This document shows, one piece after another, positions 9,694 to 19,137 of a stretch of 38,820 bases of DNA (its first letter is position 1; each line of letters opens with the position of its first letter). Source of the stretch: Pseudomonas phage LPPA33. The stretch is taken from the sequence record OR188720.1. One strand, given 5' to 3'. Below the pieces are notes generated by a model. The model did not search any database and was not told the DNA's origin. It saw only the letters and a program-made list of their open reading frames with translations. The translations under genes and the position numbers were made by a program.

Positions 9694-9716
9694 CCGATAT
9701 AACGCTTTTTAAACAG

Positions 9717-9744
9717 CCCCGCCATTCGGCGGGGTTTGTGCTTT
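9717..9744 (+). terminator. Rho-independent terminator closing the pilin/DUF4124 cassette.
   Basis: CCCCGCC-attc-GGCGGGG hairpin followed by TTTGTGCTTT. Confidence 0.55.
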
Positions 9745-9757
9745 CTGGAGGGTTGAA

Positions 9758-10060
9758 ATGTCCAGCTTTACTGCAAGTAGAGTTGTAGATATTGATGGCG
9801 TTGAGTTGACCGTGCGGGAACTTAGCGTTGCGGATGTTCGAAAGCTAATGCAAGAGGTCAGCGATCAAGACCTCGTCAACAATGTCCTCTTCGAAGATAT
9901 CAGGCTATCCGATCTGTGCCTGATGACGTCGGTTACGAAGAGCCAAATTAACGATCTCCGGCCTAGCCAACTCGCCAAGTTGCGGGATGCATGTAAAGAG
10001 GTGAACCCGCATTTTTTCGGAATGCTGGGCCGTCTCTCGAAACTCCCCGACAAGCCATAA
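9758..10060 (+). CDS. Tail assembly chaperone, lambda gpG-like.
   Basis: 100 aa. DGVELTVRELSVADVRKLMQE resembles lambda G (NGVTVTLSELSALQRIEHLALM). It is directly upstream of the tape measure gene, and a slippery site lies near its 3' end. Confidence 0.6.
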   Translation: MSSFTASRVVDIDGVELTVRELSVADVRKLMQEVSDQDLVNNVLFEDIRLSDLCLMTSVTKSQINDLRPSQLAKLRDACKEVNPHFFGMLGRLSKLPDKP

Positions 10061-10161
10061 GGAGTTTGGAGCGCGCCATTTGCGTTCTGGTGAGGCTTGG
10101 GCATCACCACGTCCTTGAATATCCCTGGTCGCTGTTCTTGACCGCGCTGAAGGCTGAATGA
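10012..10161 (+). other. Putative -1 programmed frameshift site (T_TTT_TTC, 10012-10018) that would give a G-T fusion chaperone. The -1 frame stays open to 10161, immediately before the tape-measure ATG.
   Basis: The heptamer sits in the zero frame of the G-like gene as X_XXY_YYZ. The -1 frame has no stop for about 48 codons and terminates at TGA 10159-10161. The canonical G/GT-TMP arrangement is established knowledge. Confidence 0.4.
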
Positions 10162-10162
10162 A

Positions 10163-12646
10163 ATGGCTGACGTAAAGATCCGGCTGACCGCTGACCTCGA
10201 TGATGCGCTGCGCGAGGTGTCAGGCTTCCGCAAGGAATATGCCGAACTGGTCAGGCAAGTCGCGCAACCTCTCAAGCGTTTAAACGATTTCACTGCTCTC
10301 GAAAGCACTCTCGAGGACACGCAACGCCAGGCGCGCTCGGCGCGCGAGCAGATCCGCACGCTCGGCAACGAGCTGGCATCGACGATCAGGCCAAGCCGCG
10401 AATTGCAGCAGGCTTACCGGGACTCCATTTCGGACTTGCGAAGCCTGGAGCGGGCAGAGACCGTCCAGGTAGCCAAGCTCGGAGCGATGCGCCGGGAGTT
10501 GAAGCAGGCCGGGCTGGATACGAGGAGCCTGACATCCGAACGGCAGCGGCTCCAGCGGGAGCTGGATCGAAACCTCCAGGCGGGCCGGAATGATGCGGCC
10601 ACCACCAGCCTCCGGCAACAGGCTGCAGCGATCAAGCAGAGCGCGATAGAGCAGCGCCGCTTCAACTTGGAGCAAGCGCGTAGCACCCTGGGAGTCGCCA
10701 GGGTGCGCGAACTGCAGGCTGCTATCGGGCAGTTGAACCAGCAATATCGCTTGCTTCGGTCGAGCGGAACGCTGTCCACAAGGGAACTTGCCGTTGCGCA
10801 GCGGGCGCTCAAAAAGCAGATCGCGGAGACCAAGAGCGAACTCAACTCGCTTGGCGCCGGCTCGCGGCTGTCGAGCATCGGCTCTCTCCGCGGGAGCGGT
10901 CCAGCGCTGGCAGTTGCGGGTCTCGCAGCCGCAGTAGGCGCTGCAACGGCGAAGCTAGCGAACGGCGCCGACACTGTTGGCCGGCTCGATTCCCGGCTTC
11001 GCCTGGCGACCCGCTCACAGGAAGAGTTCAACACCGCGCAGATCGAACTCGACCGTATCGCGGATGATGTTCAGGGCGACGTCGGCGACCTCATCGGCCT
11101 TTATTCGCGGTTGCAGCGCCCGCTTCGGGATGCGGGCATGGATCAGCGCGCCGCCCTTGAAACCGTAGAGGCGGTATCCCTTGGCCTGAAAATCGGTGGA
11201 GCCTCTGCCGAGGAGTCGGCGTCGGTCATTACCCAGTTCTCCCAGGCTATTGCCAGTGGCGTCCTTCGGGGCGAAGAGTTCAATACCGTTCTGGAGTCCT
11301 CGGATCGAATTGCTGGCGCTCTGGCGGACTCCTTCGGGGTGACTGTTGGACGGCTTCGTGAGATGGCTGCCGCCGGTGAGCTGACGTCGGAGCAGATCGT
11401 TATCGCGCTGCGGAAGGAACTTCCGAAGCTCCGCGAGGAGATGGCTTCGTTTGCGCCGGAGATCGGCGCGGGGCTGAACCGGATCTTTTCCGAAACCCAG
11501 AAATATTGGGGGCGCAGAGCGAAGGAAACAGGCATCGTCGACTGGGTTGCGAACCAGTTGAACGATGTTGCCAAGGGGATCAACACGGCGAATACGCTGG
11601 TGAAAAAGGGCGAGGGCAGCCTCACGGCCACCCTCGCCGCCGAGAAGGCGCGTCAAGAGCAGATCGTGAAGCGCCAGAACGATGCCCTGAAGCGGGCTCG
11701 GGATCAGAACGTCGCTGATCTCCAGTCTGAGGTTGTTCGGACCAAGGCCCTACTTGAGCAGTCCACCAAGAACCTCAACGACGCGCTTTCGCGCCAGGCA
11801 GATGTCCGCAAGGAGTTTGCCGACCTGGTGAAGGGCATCCAGGCGACGCCCACCTCCGGAACGCAGACCTTCGGTGATGCCACTGCGGCCCAGGCCTCGG
11901 CTCGCAACGCGCTGACCGCCGGCAACAACCAAAAGGCGATCGAGGAGGCGCGCCGCGCGCTGCAGATCCTTCAGCAACTGAAGGACGCTGGCGCGAACAG
12001 CTATGGCTTCGAAGGCGTGGCCAAAGAGGTGGAGCGCATCGCCAACAAGGCCGCAGAGGTCGAGGCTGGTAATGCCAAGGCTGCGGATGACGTCAACCGC
12101 CTGAACCTGGCCGACCTCGAGGAGCGCATCAAGGCTGTGCAAAACGTCGAGGTGTCGTTCGGAATGGACTTCGAAAGCGCGGAGACCTTGAAGCAACAGG
12201 TCGCCGACATCGCCGCCGGACTGGCTGAGCAGCTCGTGATACCTATCACGCTGGTTCCGCCTCCGGAGATGGGCTTGCCTGGCGTGCCCAGCATCACCCC
12301 CAAGATACCCGGGTTTGCCACTGGTACGCAGAGCGCTCCCCCTGGTATGGCGTGGGTTGGGGAGCGTGGGCCGGAGTTGATGATGATGCGCGGAGGAGAG
12401 CGCATCTTCAACGCGGTGCAGTCGCTGCAGATGTCGCAGAGGTATCAACGAACTCTCCCCGAGATACCCGAGATTCCGACTGCGGCGCTTCAGCAGGCGA
12501 ATCCGCCGGCAGCCATGCAAAACCTGGGATCGCTGACCCTCAACCTGGGTGGAGACGATGCCGGTTTCACCGTTTTCGGGACACACGACACGCTCCGAGA
12601 TATACGCAAGGCCGCTTCGAAGTTCGGGCGGACGCGCCCAAAATGA
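10163..12646 (+). CDS. Tail tape measure protein.
   Basis: 827 aa, highly alpha-helical, Ala/Gln/Arg/Glu-rich and coiled-coil throughout. It is preceded by the G/GT chaperone. Confidence 0.85.
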   Translation: MADVKIRLTADLDDALREVSGFRKEYAELVRQVAQPLKRLNDFTALESTLEDTQRQARSAREQIRTLGNELASTIRPSRELQQAYRDSISDLRSLERAETVQVAKLGAMRRELKQAGLDTRSLTSERQRLQRELDRNLQAGRNDAATTSLRQQAAAIKQSAIEQRRFNLEQARSTLGVARVRELQAAIGQLNQQYRLLRSSGTLSTRELAVAQRALKKQIAETKSELNSLGAGSRLSSIGSLRGSGPALAVAGLAAAVGAATAKLANGADTVGRLDSRLRLATRSQEEFNTAQIELDRIADDVQGDVGDLIGLYSRLQRPLRDAGMDQRAALETVEAVSLGLKIGGASAEESASVITQFSQAIASGVLRGEEFNTVLESSDRIAGALADSFGVTVGRLREMAAAGELTSEQIVIALRKELPKLREEMASFAPEIGAGLNRIFSETQKYWGRRAKETGIVDWVANQLNDVAKGINTANTLVKKGEGSLTATLAAEKARQEQIVKRQNDALKRARDQNVADLQSEVVRTKALLEQSTKNLNDALSRQADVRKEFADLVKGIQATPTSGTQTFGDATAAQASARNALTAGNNQKAIEEARRALQILQQLKDAGANSYGFEGVAKEVERIANKAAEVEAGNAKAADDVNRLNLADLEERIKAVQNVEVSFGMDFESAETLKQQVADIAAGLAEQLVIPITLVPPPEMGLPGVPSITPKIPGFATGTQSAPPGMAWVGERGPELMMMRGGERIFNAVQSLQMSQRYQRTLPEIPEIPTAALQQANPPAAMQNLGSLTLNLGGDDAGFTVFGTHDTLRDIRKAASKFGRTRPK

Positions 12647-12649
12647 CCA

Positions 12650-12674
12650 AGCCCGCCTCGCGCGGGCTTTTTTT
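12650..12674 (+). terminator. Intrinsic terminator directly after the tape measure gene.
   Basis: AGCCCGC-ctcgc-GCGGGCT stem followed by a run of seven T. The next ORF starts right after it. Confidence 0.55.
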
Positions 12675-12686
12675 ATGGAGTTGGGA

Positions 12687-13208
12687 ATGATCATTCCGAA
12701 CGTGATGCTTGGGGGCGTACCGATCGTGATACACGGCGGCGCCCCGCAGTGTCAGTACCAGGCTGTAGATGGCGGCGTCGAGCGATTGAGGCTCAGCGGA
12801 GGTGCGGCAGTACAGATGACGCACTGGCGCAAGACGGCAATCACCATCAGCGGTTCAGGATGGATCGGCACGGGGATGCTTGGACTCGACTTCGACAACC
12901 CGTTGGAGCTGCGATGCAATGCGTCGCTTGGCATTTCCGGCCGTACTGCCGCCGACCGAGTATTCACAATCCCTGGAGAGGTTCGCCCCGATGCCAGTCC
13001 GTGGGGGCTGGCGCTGGTCGGCCGTGAGTGGGTCAGAACGGACGTGTCGTCCGCCGGCCAGGTGGTAACCGTGTCGGAGATCCCAGGCGCGCAACTCTAC
13101 CGCGTCGAGTGGTGGCCGCTGTTCCACGTCTTCGCGTCGGTCCCTCCTGAAGCGCTTGATTCTTCGAACAACAGCCGGACCTGGCAAATTGTCGCTGAGG
13201 AAATCTGA
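12687..13208 (+). CDS. Minor or distal tail protein (first gene after the tape measure).
   Basis: About 174 aa, in the position of lambda M or a Dit-type protein. Alternative ATG at 12675. Confidence 0.4.
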   Translation: MIIPNVMLGGVPIVIHGGAPQCQYQAVDGGVERLRLSGGAAVQMTHWRKTAITISGSGWIGTGMLGLDFDNPLELRCNASLGISGRTAADRVFTIPGEVRPDASPWGLALVGREWVRTDVSSAGQVVTVSEIPGAQLYRVEWWPLFHVFASVPPEALDSSNNSRTWQIVAEEI

Positions 13209-14905
13209 TGCTCAACGGTGGACCGCTCAATAGCGCTGAGCTGAACTCGGCCGCTCAATCCGTTGTGCCTGGTCCTGAGCCGATCATTCCAGGCTACGCT
13301 TTCACCTGGCGAGCAATCGTGCGTGTTGGCGATGACGACGTTACACCGCTCCTGACCGGGGAGATCGAGGTCGATCGTGAAGAGGGGGCGGCTGGCGTCG
13401 CTTCCTTTTCGATATATCTCGGCGACGGCCCTGTTGTCCCTACGGACTGGATTGGTCGAACCGTAACCATCGACTACGCAACGGAGACCGCCGGCGAGCT
13501 GAGTCAGGGCCGGCGGTTTACGGGAAGGGTTACGCAGCCAGCCTGGAATCCTGTTCGGCGCGTCCTGGACGTCAGTTGCACTGACCAGTTGCAGCAGCGT
13601 GTAGAGGCCATGGAGATTGCGGCCGTTGACGCCTTGGTCGGCGGCGCCTGGTCCGCCGATGTGTTCGAGCCGGTCGATGGACGCTCGCGGTGGGACTACG
13701 CCCAGGAGCGTTTGACCAGCGTTACCGGGAGCTTGGACTGTTCGCCATACGGCGCTCTCCGCGTCACGTCATGGCTTTCGGTGGCTCCTGCCTTCGAGTT
13801 CGGCCAAGGCTCTACGGTATACGGGTCGCTTGCGGTCGAGTTGGCCGACCTGAGTTCGCAGACGAACAGGATCGAGATCGAGTGCGACTACCGATTCAGC
13901 CGGCTCTGGCAGTTGAACGCATCGTATGGATGGCAGCACCCCGGGACGGGTAACGCTGTTGGCGAGGCGGGGTTCTGTAATTGGCGCGGCGACGACACCG
14001 AGCTACCGGATGTCGAGATGATCACCTCAGCGACCGAAAGCAGCGGCCAGACGTTGTTCTATGCGACCTGGTATCCACTTCCGCCCACGGGCGTCTACTG
14101 CAATCCGCCGGCGGCATGGAGAAATGACTTCACCGAGCTGCTGCTCGGCGGAAATTGGATAGCTGGCCGGCGCTGGGTGCAGTCCGTCACAGAGCGCTAC
14201 CGGCTGGTCATGGAAGTTCAGCCGAGCGTTGCGGCGACCGGTCCGATTGTCGGTCGGCAGCGCGCCTCGTTCGAGATCGAGTCGGACAAGGCCGAGCGCT
14301 GGGAAAGCGACCCGATCACCGGCGGCAGCACCGGCCACGACGACGAGAAGGATGGCAATCGGCGTTTGTCCGCCCTGAATTGCTTGTTGGCCCAGGGCGC
14401 CACGACGCTTATTGCTGCGCACCGCGGCACGACCGTAACTTGGGATGTTCCGACGTCGATGATCCTGCCGATCGATCTTGTGCATACGCTCCGCCTCGAT
14501 GATCAGGGCGCGCGTGCGGTGGGCAAGTGTCGACGCATTGTTGACCGGTTCGACCTCGGGTCCGGTAGCGCCCTTACTACGATCTCTATCGCGGTGATGC
14601 GAGGTGGCGCTGGCGCCGCAGACCCCCTTGTTCCTCCTGCTGGCTCGTCCGATCCCGTCAGCCCACCGTCTGGCGGCGGACAGCTCTCGACGCAGCTCGG
14701 GGGCCGCAACGGCAGTCCCGCGTATGACGATGCGGCGGATGGTTTCTCCGGCAACTGGAGCAACCGCGATCCCGGTGCCGAGTTGTTCCCGCGGCGCTTC
14801 TCGTTGACCGCAAAAGACATTCCGGAGACCTACCGGGACGAGCATGCGCCGGAGCTTGCGGCCACCTACCGGGTATCCGTGCCTGACGACTTACTGGAGA
14901 TGTAG
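13208..14905 (+). CDS. Tail tip / baseplate-hub candidate protein.
   Basis: 565 aa, the largest post-tape-measure protein, with a Pro/Ser/Gly-rich stretch near the C-terminus. Its start is coupled to the previous stop by ATGA. Confidence 0.4.
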   Translation: MLNGGPLNSAELNSAAQSVVPGPEPIIPGYAFTWRAIVRVGDDDVTPLLTGEIEVDREEGAAGVASFSIYLGDGPVVPTDWIGRTVTIDYATETAGELSQGRRFTGRVTQPAWNPVRRVLDVSCTDQLQQRVEAMEIAAVDALVGGAWSADVFEPVDGRSRWDYAQERLTSVTGSLDCSPYGALRVTSWLSVAPAFEFGQGSTVYGSLAVELADLSSQTNRIEIECDYRFSRLWQLNASYGWQHPGTGNAVGEAGFCNWRGDDTELPDVEMITSATESSGQTLFYATWYPLPPTGVYCNPPAAWRNDFTELLLGGNWIAGRRWVQSVTERYRLVMEVQPSVAATGPIVGRQRASFEIESDKAERWESDPITGGSTGHDDEKDGNRRLSALNCLLAQGATTLIAAHRGTTVTWDVPTSMILPIDLVHTLRLDDQGARAVGKCRRIVDRFDLGSGSALTTISIAVMRGGAGAADPLVPPAGSSDPVSPPSGGGQLSTQLGGRNGSPAYDDAADGFSGNWSNRDPGAELFPRRFSLTAKDIPETYRDEHAPELAATYRVSVPDDLLEM

Positions 14906-14907
14906 CG

Positions 14908-15318
14908 ATGGCGAGAGCCTGGATCAACAACTGGAAGACGACGCTGAGCGCCGGCCTTTCGCCTGGCGAATTGAGCCTGACGGTGCCGGATGCTGCCGCC
15001 GCGCTGCTGCCGCTCTCTGGCGGTAACTGGGTGCTGTTGACGCTGGCGGATGCTGCCGGCGCTCAGCATGAGATCGTGAAAGCAACCTCCCGCGCCGGTG
15101 GGGTGGTGACGATCGAGCGCGCCCAGGAAGCCACCGCCGACGGCAACTGGCCGGCGGGGTCGGCGATCTATGCAGCCGTCACGGCCGGCGATCTCATGGC
15201 ACTGCAAGCGCGAATCGCGGCCCTTGAGGGCGGCACTCCCGAAGGAGCCCTGGTCGATGCGAGCGGTTCGGCTCTCGTCGATGGCGCCGGAAACAACCTG
15301 ATCATGGAGAACAACTGA
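14908..15318 (+). CDS. Hypothetical tail-module protein.
   Basis: 136 aa, in a translationally coupled series with high GC3. Confidence 0.35.
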   Translation: MARAWINNWKTTLSAGLSPGELSLTVPDAAAALLPLSGGNWVLLTLADAAGAQHEIVKATSRAGGVVTIERAQEATADGNWPAGSAIYAAVTAGDLMALQARIAALEGGTPEGALVDASGSALVDGAGNNLIMENN

Positions 15319-15863
15319 TGGCAACTGTTACGCACGTCCTGTCCGGTGCTGGCGCTCCACCCTCGGCCCCGCCCAGCGTGGGTGCTCATTACGTAAACAC
15401 GACAAACGGTGACCAATACCTTGCCAAGGGCACGGCCTCTGCGGCGGATTGGGTGAAGCAGGGTGGCGGCGGTGGAAGCGCTCCCTCCGAAGTACTGCAC
15501 ATAACTGGCGCGGGCAATTTCTCGCTTGGGCCGCAGCACGCTGTTGTCGAGGCGCCTCTGAATAACATTCCTGAGAACGAGATCGGGGCTGTCGATATCG
15601 AGACAGCCTCTTCTCGGCAATTTGATTTGCACGTCAAGGGGAACGCAGATTCAGTGTTTTTCGTCGGGACCGCGGGTGGCGTCGACTTGCCGGGTGGGAC
15701 GTTCATCGTCGGGATGCAGAGGAATTGGGCTTCAACCCGCGAGTATGGATTCCAGATCCGAGGCATAGACCTAGCTGGTGAGGCCTGGGCGCGGGTGTAT
15801 TACGACGCCATCGCTGGGACGATGACCATGCTTGTACTCGCTGACATGCCTGCGCCGGCATAA
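15318..15863 (+). CDS. Hypothetical tail-module protein (Gly-rich).
   Basis: 181 aa, with an ATGA overlap to the previous gene. Confidence 0.35.
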   Translation: MATVTHVLSGAGAPPSAPPSVGAHYVNTTNGDQYLAKGTASAADWVKQGGGGGSAPSEVLHITGAGNFSLGPQHAVVEAPLNNIPENEIGAVDIETASSRQFDLHVKGNADSVFFVGTAGGVDLPGGTFIVGMQRNWASTREYGFQIRGIDLAGEAWARVYYDAIAGTMTMLVLADMPAPA

Positions 15864-15875
15864 CGGAGGTGGATC

Positions 15876-16298
15876 ATGGCTCTATCAGATGAGCGCCGCG
15901 GCATCGGCGCAAGGAACGAAGCGATCCGCCGCGCCGGCGGCCAGCGGGTCGAAGCGGAGCGACGCGGTGACCAGGGTTTGACCGCCGCGCTCAACCGGCT
16001 GATCGAGCCGGAACGCCAGGCGCGGTCGCTGCGGAAAATCGATCCGCGCGGCGCCCTGGATGCAAAGCGCGGGCGGGCGGACTACAACCCCGCCGGAAAG
16101 CAGCTCGGTGGGGGTGGCGGTATTGCGAGCCCCCTGATCGAGGAAGATGCCGACCAGCGCGAATACTACGAACTGCAGACAATCCCCACCAGCGATGGCC
16201 TGGCCTGGCTCCGGTATCGCAGCGTGAAGAAGATCGTCATGACCGACGCGTTAGGCGCAGAAGTGGTGATGGAGTACGCGAACGATGTTTCCCAATAG
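15876..16298 (+). CDS. Hypothetical tail-module protein.
   Basis: 140 aa. SD is GGAGGTGG. Confidence 0.35.
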   Translation: MALSDERRGIGARNEAIRRAGGQRVEAERRGDQGLTAALNRLIEPERQARSLRKIDPRGALDAKRGRADYNPAGKQLGGGGGIASPLIEEDADQREYYELQTIPTSDGLAWLRYRSVKKIVMTDALGAEVVMEYANDVSQ

Positions 16299-17778
16299 TC
16301 CGCTCGATGAAGCTCCGCAGGTATGGGGGTGGCCATGGCACGGCCTAATACGACAGCCAATCAACGCCGTTGATTCGACCCTGACGTTACCAAGCGGGCG
16401 CACGATGACGATGCCGCCTGTCAGGCTCGCAAATAATACGGCCCTTTGGGACGTAGGCATGCCTATCCCTGAAGTGGAAACCGATGATCCAGATGAGCAG
16501 TGGCTAAACCGAGCGATTTTGCGTGGAACGGATTTGTCCGAAGCTTATGGCGGGGTTTCCTTACAGCCTGCATTTATTCGTGGTTACACGATTCGATACG
16601 GCGTAAGCGTTCAATACAATTTTTTTCTCGAAACAATAGCTGCTAGCTGTTTGTTTCGGGATGGATTTACAGGGTTTTCTGGGACGGTCAGTAGTAATGC
16701 AATATCTCTGTCAGACCTTGGATTGCCCGTCAAGCCGGACGGTATCTCTTTCGAAGTTCTGGATGTAAATAACGACGGAACACGCCGTCTCTACCTGGCT
16801 AGATATCAAGAGACCGCTGGGAGTGGATTCATTGGTGTTGGTGGGATGCTTGAGTTGCGTGTGAGTGCGAGCGGCGCGAACAGCTTTCAGGCGGAACTGT
16901 CCGTGGTTGCGCCTTGGGCGCAGATACAATTCGAGACTATCGACAGCAGCCGAACAGATGTTGACCCGAATACCCATACCCGCTTTTGGCGTGGGACGCC
17001 GGAGGACCCAGACGGCCCGTTCAATGAAAGCAGTGGAGAGCCGCCACCCCCGCCATACCCGGGGCATCCGTGGGCGCCTCACGTGTATAGAGTTCTAATC
17101 GGAGAGTTTTCAGCATCACTTCGCGCAAGGTCAACTGCTGGAGCGTGGTATGGATTGTCTGGCTCCCTTGAACTAATAACGCTCGAAGTTTCTATCGTGT
17201 CAACGATGTCGCGCTCGGCAGGTATCTCTGGCGACCACATCTCATTTAGCATGACCGAAGATATTTCGTTTTCCTACACCTTGAGCTCTTCTTCCGGCGG
17301 GTCCTCAGAGTCGCTGTACAACTCGCTTTCTACGAGCGGAGTTCTTAATGGGCCTGGTTCTATCCAATGGGCTGACAGCATCACTGGTCAAAGTGTCGCG
17401 AGTGGCTCGGAGTCTATTAGCTTGGGTGATATATACCTGCTTACTCCTGATGTTGGCGACAGTTATGCGGAAGGATTGGACTGGTCGTCACCAATTGAGC
17501 TGTTCCCGGGGCGTCCGTCGACGATAAGCGACCAATCTGCGTGGCCGGTGCTTAGATACTCAAACAAGCTTTTAGGCCTTTTTTTCTATCGTGGTAGAGA
17601 CCGTCGGTTTGCTGGAGTGGCTCTCACCCCGCATGGCCCCCACGGATCGCGTCAGGTTGATGTGGATGTTAGTGGCTTTTCCCCGTTAGAGATGGAGGCG
17701 TGGGGCAAGGGCTCCTACAACCCTCTCACCGGCGACGCTATACGCAACGACCCGAACGCCTTCTATTCCTACGTTTGA
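16285..17778 (+). CDS. Low-GC tail-tip protein, a candidate receptor-binding or host-range protein.
   Basis: 497 aa with about 47-50% GC, well below the roughly 63% of its neighbours. A Ser-rich stretch is SSSSGGSSESLYNSLSTSG. The start is uncertain because the first ATG has no clear SD. Confidence 0.4.
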   Translation: MFPNSPLDEAPQVWGWPWHGLIRQPINAVDSTLTLPSGRTMTMPPVRLANNTALWDVGMPIPEVETDDPDEQWLNRAILRGTDLSEAYGGVSLQPAFIRGYTIRYGVSVQYNFFLETIAASCLFRDGFTGFSGTVSSNAISLSDLGLPVKPDGISFEVLDVNNDGTRRLYLARYQETAGSGFIGVGGMLELRVSASGANSFQAELSVVAPWAQIQFETIDSSRTDVDPNTHTRFWRGTPEDPDGPFNESSGEPPPPPYPGHPWAPHVYRVLIGEFSASLRARSTAGAWYGLSGSLELITLEVSIVSTMSRSAGISGDHISFSMTEDISFSYTLSSSSGGSSESLYNSLSTSGVLNGPGSIQWADSITGQSVASGSESISLGDIYLLTPDVGDSYAEGLDWSSPIELFPGRPSTISDQSAWPVLRYSNKLLGLFFYRGRDRRFAGVALTPHGPHGSRQVDVDVSGFSPLEMEAWGKGSYNPLTGDAIRNDPNAFYSYV

Positions 17779-17800
17779 TTCCTTCCAAAGGAGAAGCCGC

Positions 17801-18388
17801 ATGACGCCGGCCTGTGTACCCCTGCGCGTGGAGCGCGGGGCGACGTTCCGCGACACGATGCGGATCATGCAACCGAGCCTGGTCTACCGGCCGATCACTC
17901 AGATCGCGCCGACTGCTCCCGTCCGGCTGACCATCCCTGGGCACGGATTGCCTGGCACGTGGCTGGCATGGATCGATGGTGTCCAGGGCATGCCCGAACT
18001 GAACCGCGCTCGACTTCGGCAATTGCCCCACCGGGTCGCGTCCATCGACGACGACACGATCGAGATCAACCTGCTGTCAGCCGTTGGGCTGGCGCCTGTT
18101 GGCGGGCAACTGATCTACCAGCCACCGGTTGACCTCACTGGCGCCGAGGTGCGGATGCAGATCCGCGCCGAGCCAGGCGGGACTGTGCTGATGACGCTGG
18201 CGCTCGGCTCCGGCCTTGAAATCGCTGGCGCCGGAACGATCTCGCGCGAGATATCGGCCTCCGATACCGCGGCGTTGGCATGGGCGTCGGCGGTCTACGA
18301 CGTGGACGTGACATACCCAGATGGCACGATCCACCGCTACTACAGCGGTCCGATCACTGTGAGCCGTGGGGGAGGGTGCGATGGATGA
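17801..18388 (+). CDS. Hypothetical tail protein.
   Basis: 195 aa. SD is AAGGAGAAG and GC returns to the phage norm. Confidence 0.35.
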   Translation: MTPACVPLRVERGATFRDTMRIMQPSLVYRPITQIAPTAPVRLTIPGHGLPGTWLAWIDGVQGMPELNRARLRQLPHRVASIDDDTIEINLLSAVGLAPVGGQLIYQPPVDLTGAEVRMQIRAEPGGTVLMTLALGSGLEIAGAGTISREISASDTAALAWASAVYDVDVTYPDGTIHRYYSGPITVSRGGGCDG

Positions 18389-18572
18389 CACCGCCGAGCC
18401 CTGGGCGCTGGCGATCGACGTTGATTGCGAGCCGCTGGTGCTCAGCGAGATGCAGGAATACGCGGTCACCGTGACGCCGCCGGCCGATGTGCTTGTGGTT
18501 GTTGCGGGTGACCAAGGGCCTCCCGGGAGGGATGGCGTAGACGGTGCCCAATGGGGCGCGACTGATTGGTGA
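18381..18572 (+). CDS. Small protein with a collagen-like Gly-X-Y run.
   Basis: 63 aa with GDQGPPGRDGVDGAQ (five G-X-Y triplets). SD is GGAGGG. It overlaps the start of the next gene. Confidence 0.3.
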   Translation: MDDTAEPWALAIDVDCEPLVLSEMQEYAVTVTPPADVLVVVAGDQGPPGRDGVDGAQWGATDW

Positions 18573-18576
18573 TGAC

Positions 18577-19137
18577 ATGGCCCAGATTCGATTTTTCAAA
18601 GTGGCGACCCTGCCGGGTACGCTGGAACCCGATTCGTTCTACTTCGTCGAGAATGGCAGCTACTCGGAGTCTTACCTGACGAACAGCGCGGGAGTCGCGC
18701 GCTCGATCGGCAACAGCGCGATGATCAACGCGCTGATCAACGAGGCGTTGGCCAGCTTGCCCGGCACCGGCGCGCCGATCCTGTTCGTTGCGGATATCGC
18801 GGCACGCGACGCCCTGGAGCCGGAGTCGGCGATATTCGTGCTGGTTCAAGACGCGAGCGCCGACCCGACAGTCGAATCCGGCGCTGCGTTGTACGCCTGG
18901 AACCCGGCGACCAGCGCCTGGCTGAAGGTTGCTGAATACGAAAGCATGGACGTCGAGCTCAACTGGGACGCGATCAATGGGCGGCCGACCTCGACGCCGG
19001 CGCAGATCGACACTGCCGTTTCCCAGGCGCACACGCACGCGAACAAGTCGACGCTGGACAAGTTCGGTGAGGCTTCTGGCCTGGTGCGCTTCAACGGCCA
19101 GCCGATCCCGGCCGAGTGGAATGGGACGGCCTGGTAA
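18577..19137 (+). CDS. Tail fibre-associated protein carrying the paralogous N-domain (copy 1).
   Basis: 186 aa. The N-terminal motif KVATLPGTLEPDSFYFVENG...TNSAGVA recurs in the next ORF. Confidence 0.4.
   Translation: MAQIRFFKVATLPGTLEPDSFYFVENGSYSESYLTNSAGVARSIGNSAMINALINEALASLPGTGAPILFVADIAARDALEPESAIFVLVQDASADPTVESGAALYAWNPATSAWLKVAEYESMDVELNWDAINGRPTSTPAQIDTAVSQAHTHANKSTLDKFGEASGLVRFNGQPIPAEWNGTAW

Noticed and set aside
11750-12694. 314-aa minus-strand ORF inside the tape measure gene
   Set aside because: Antisense to a clear 827-aa coiled-coil tape measure protein.
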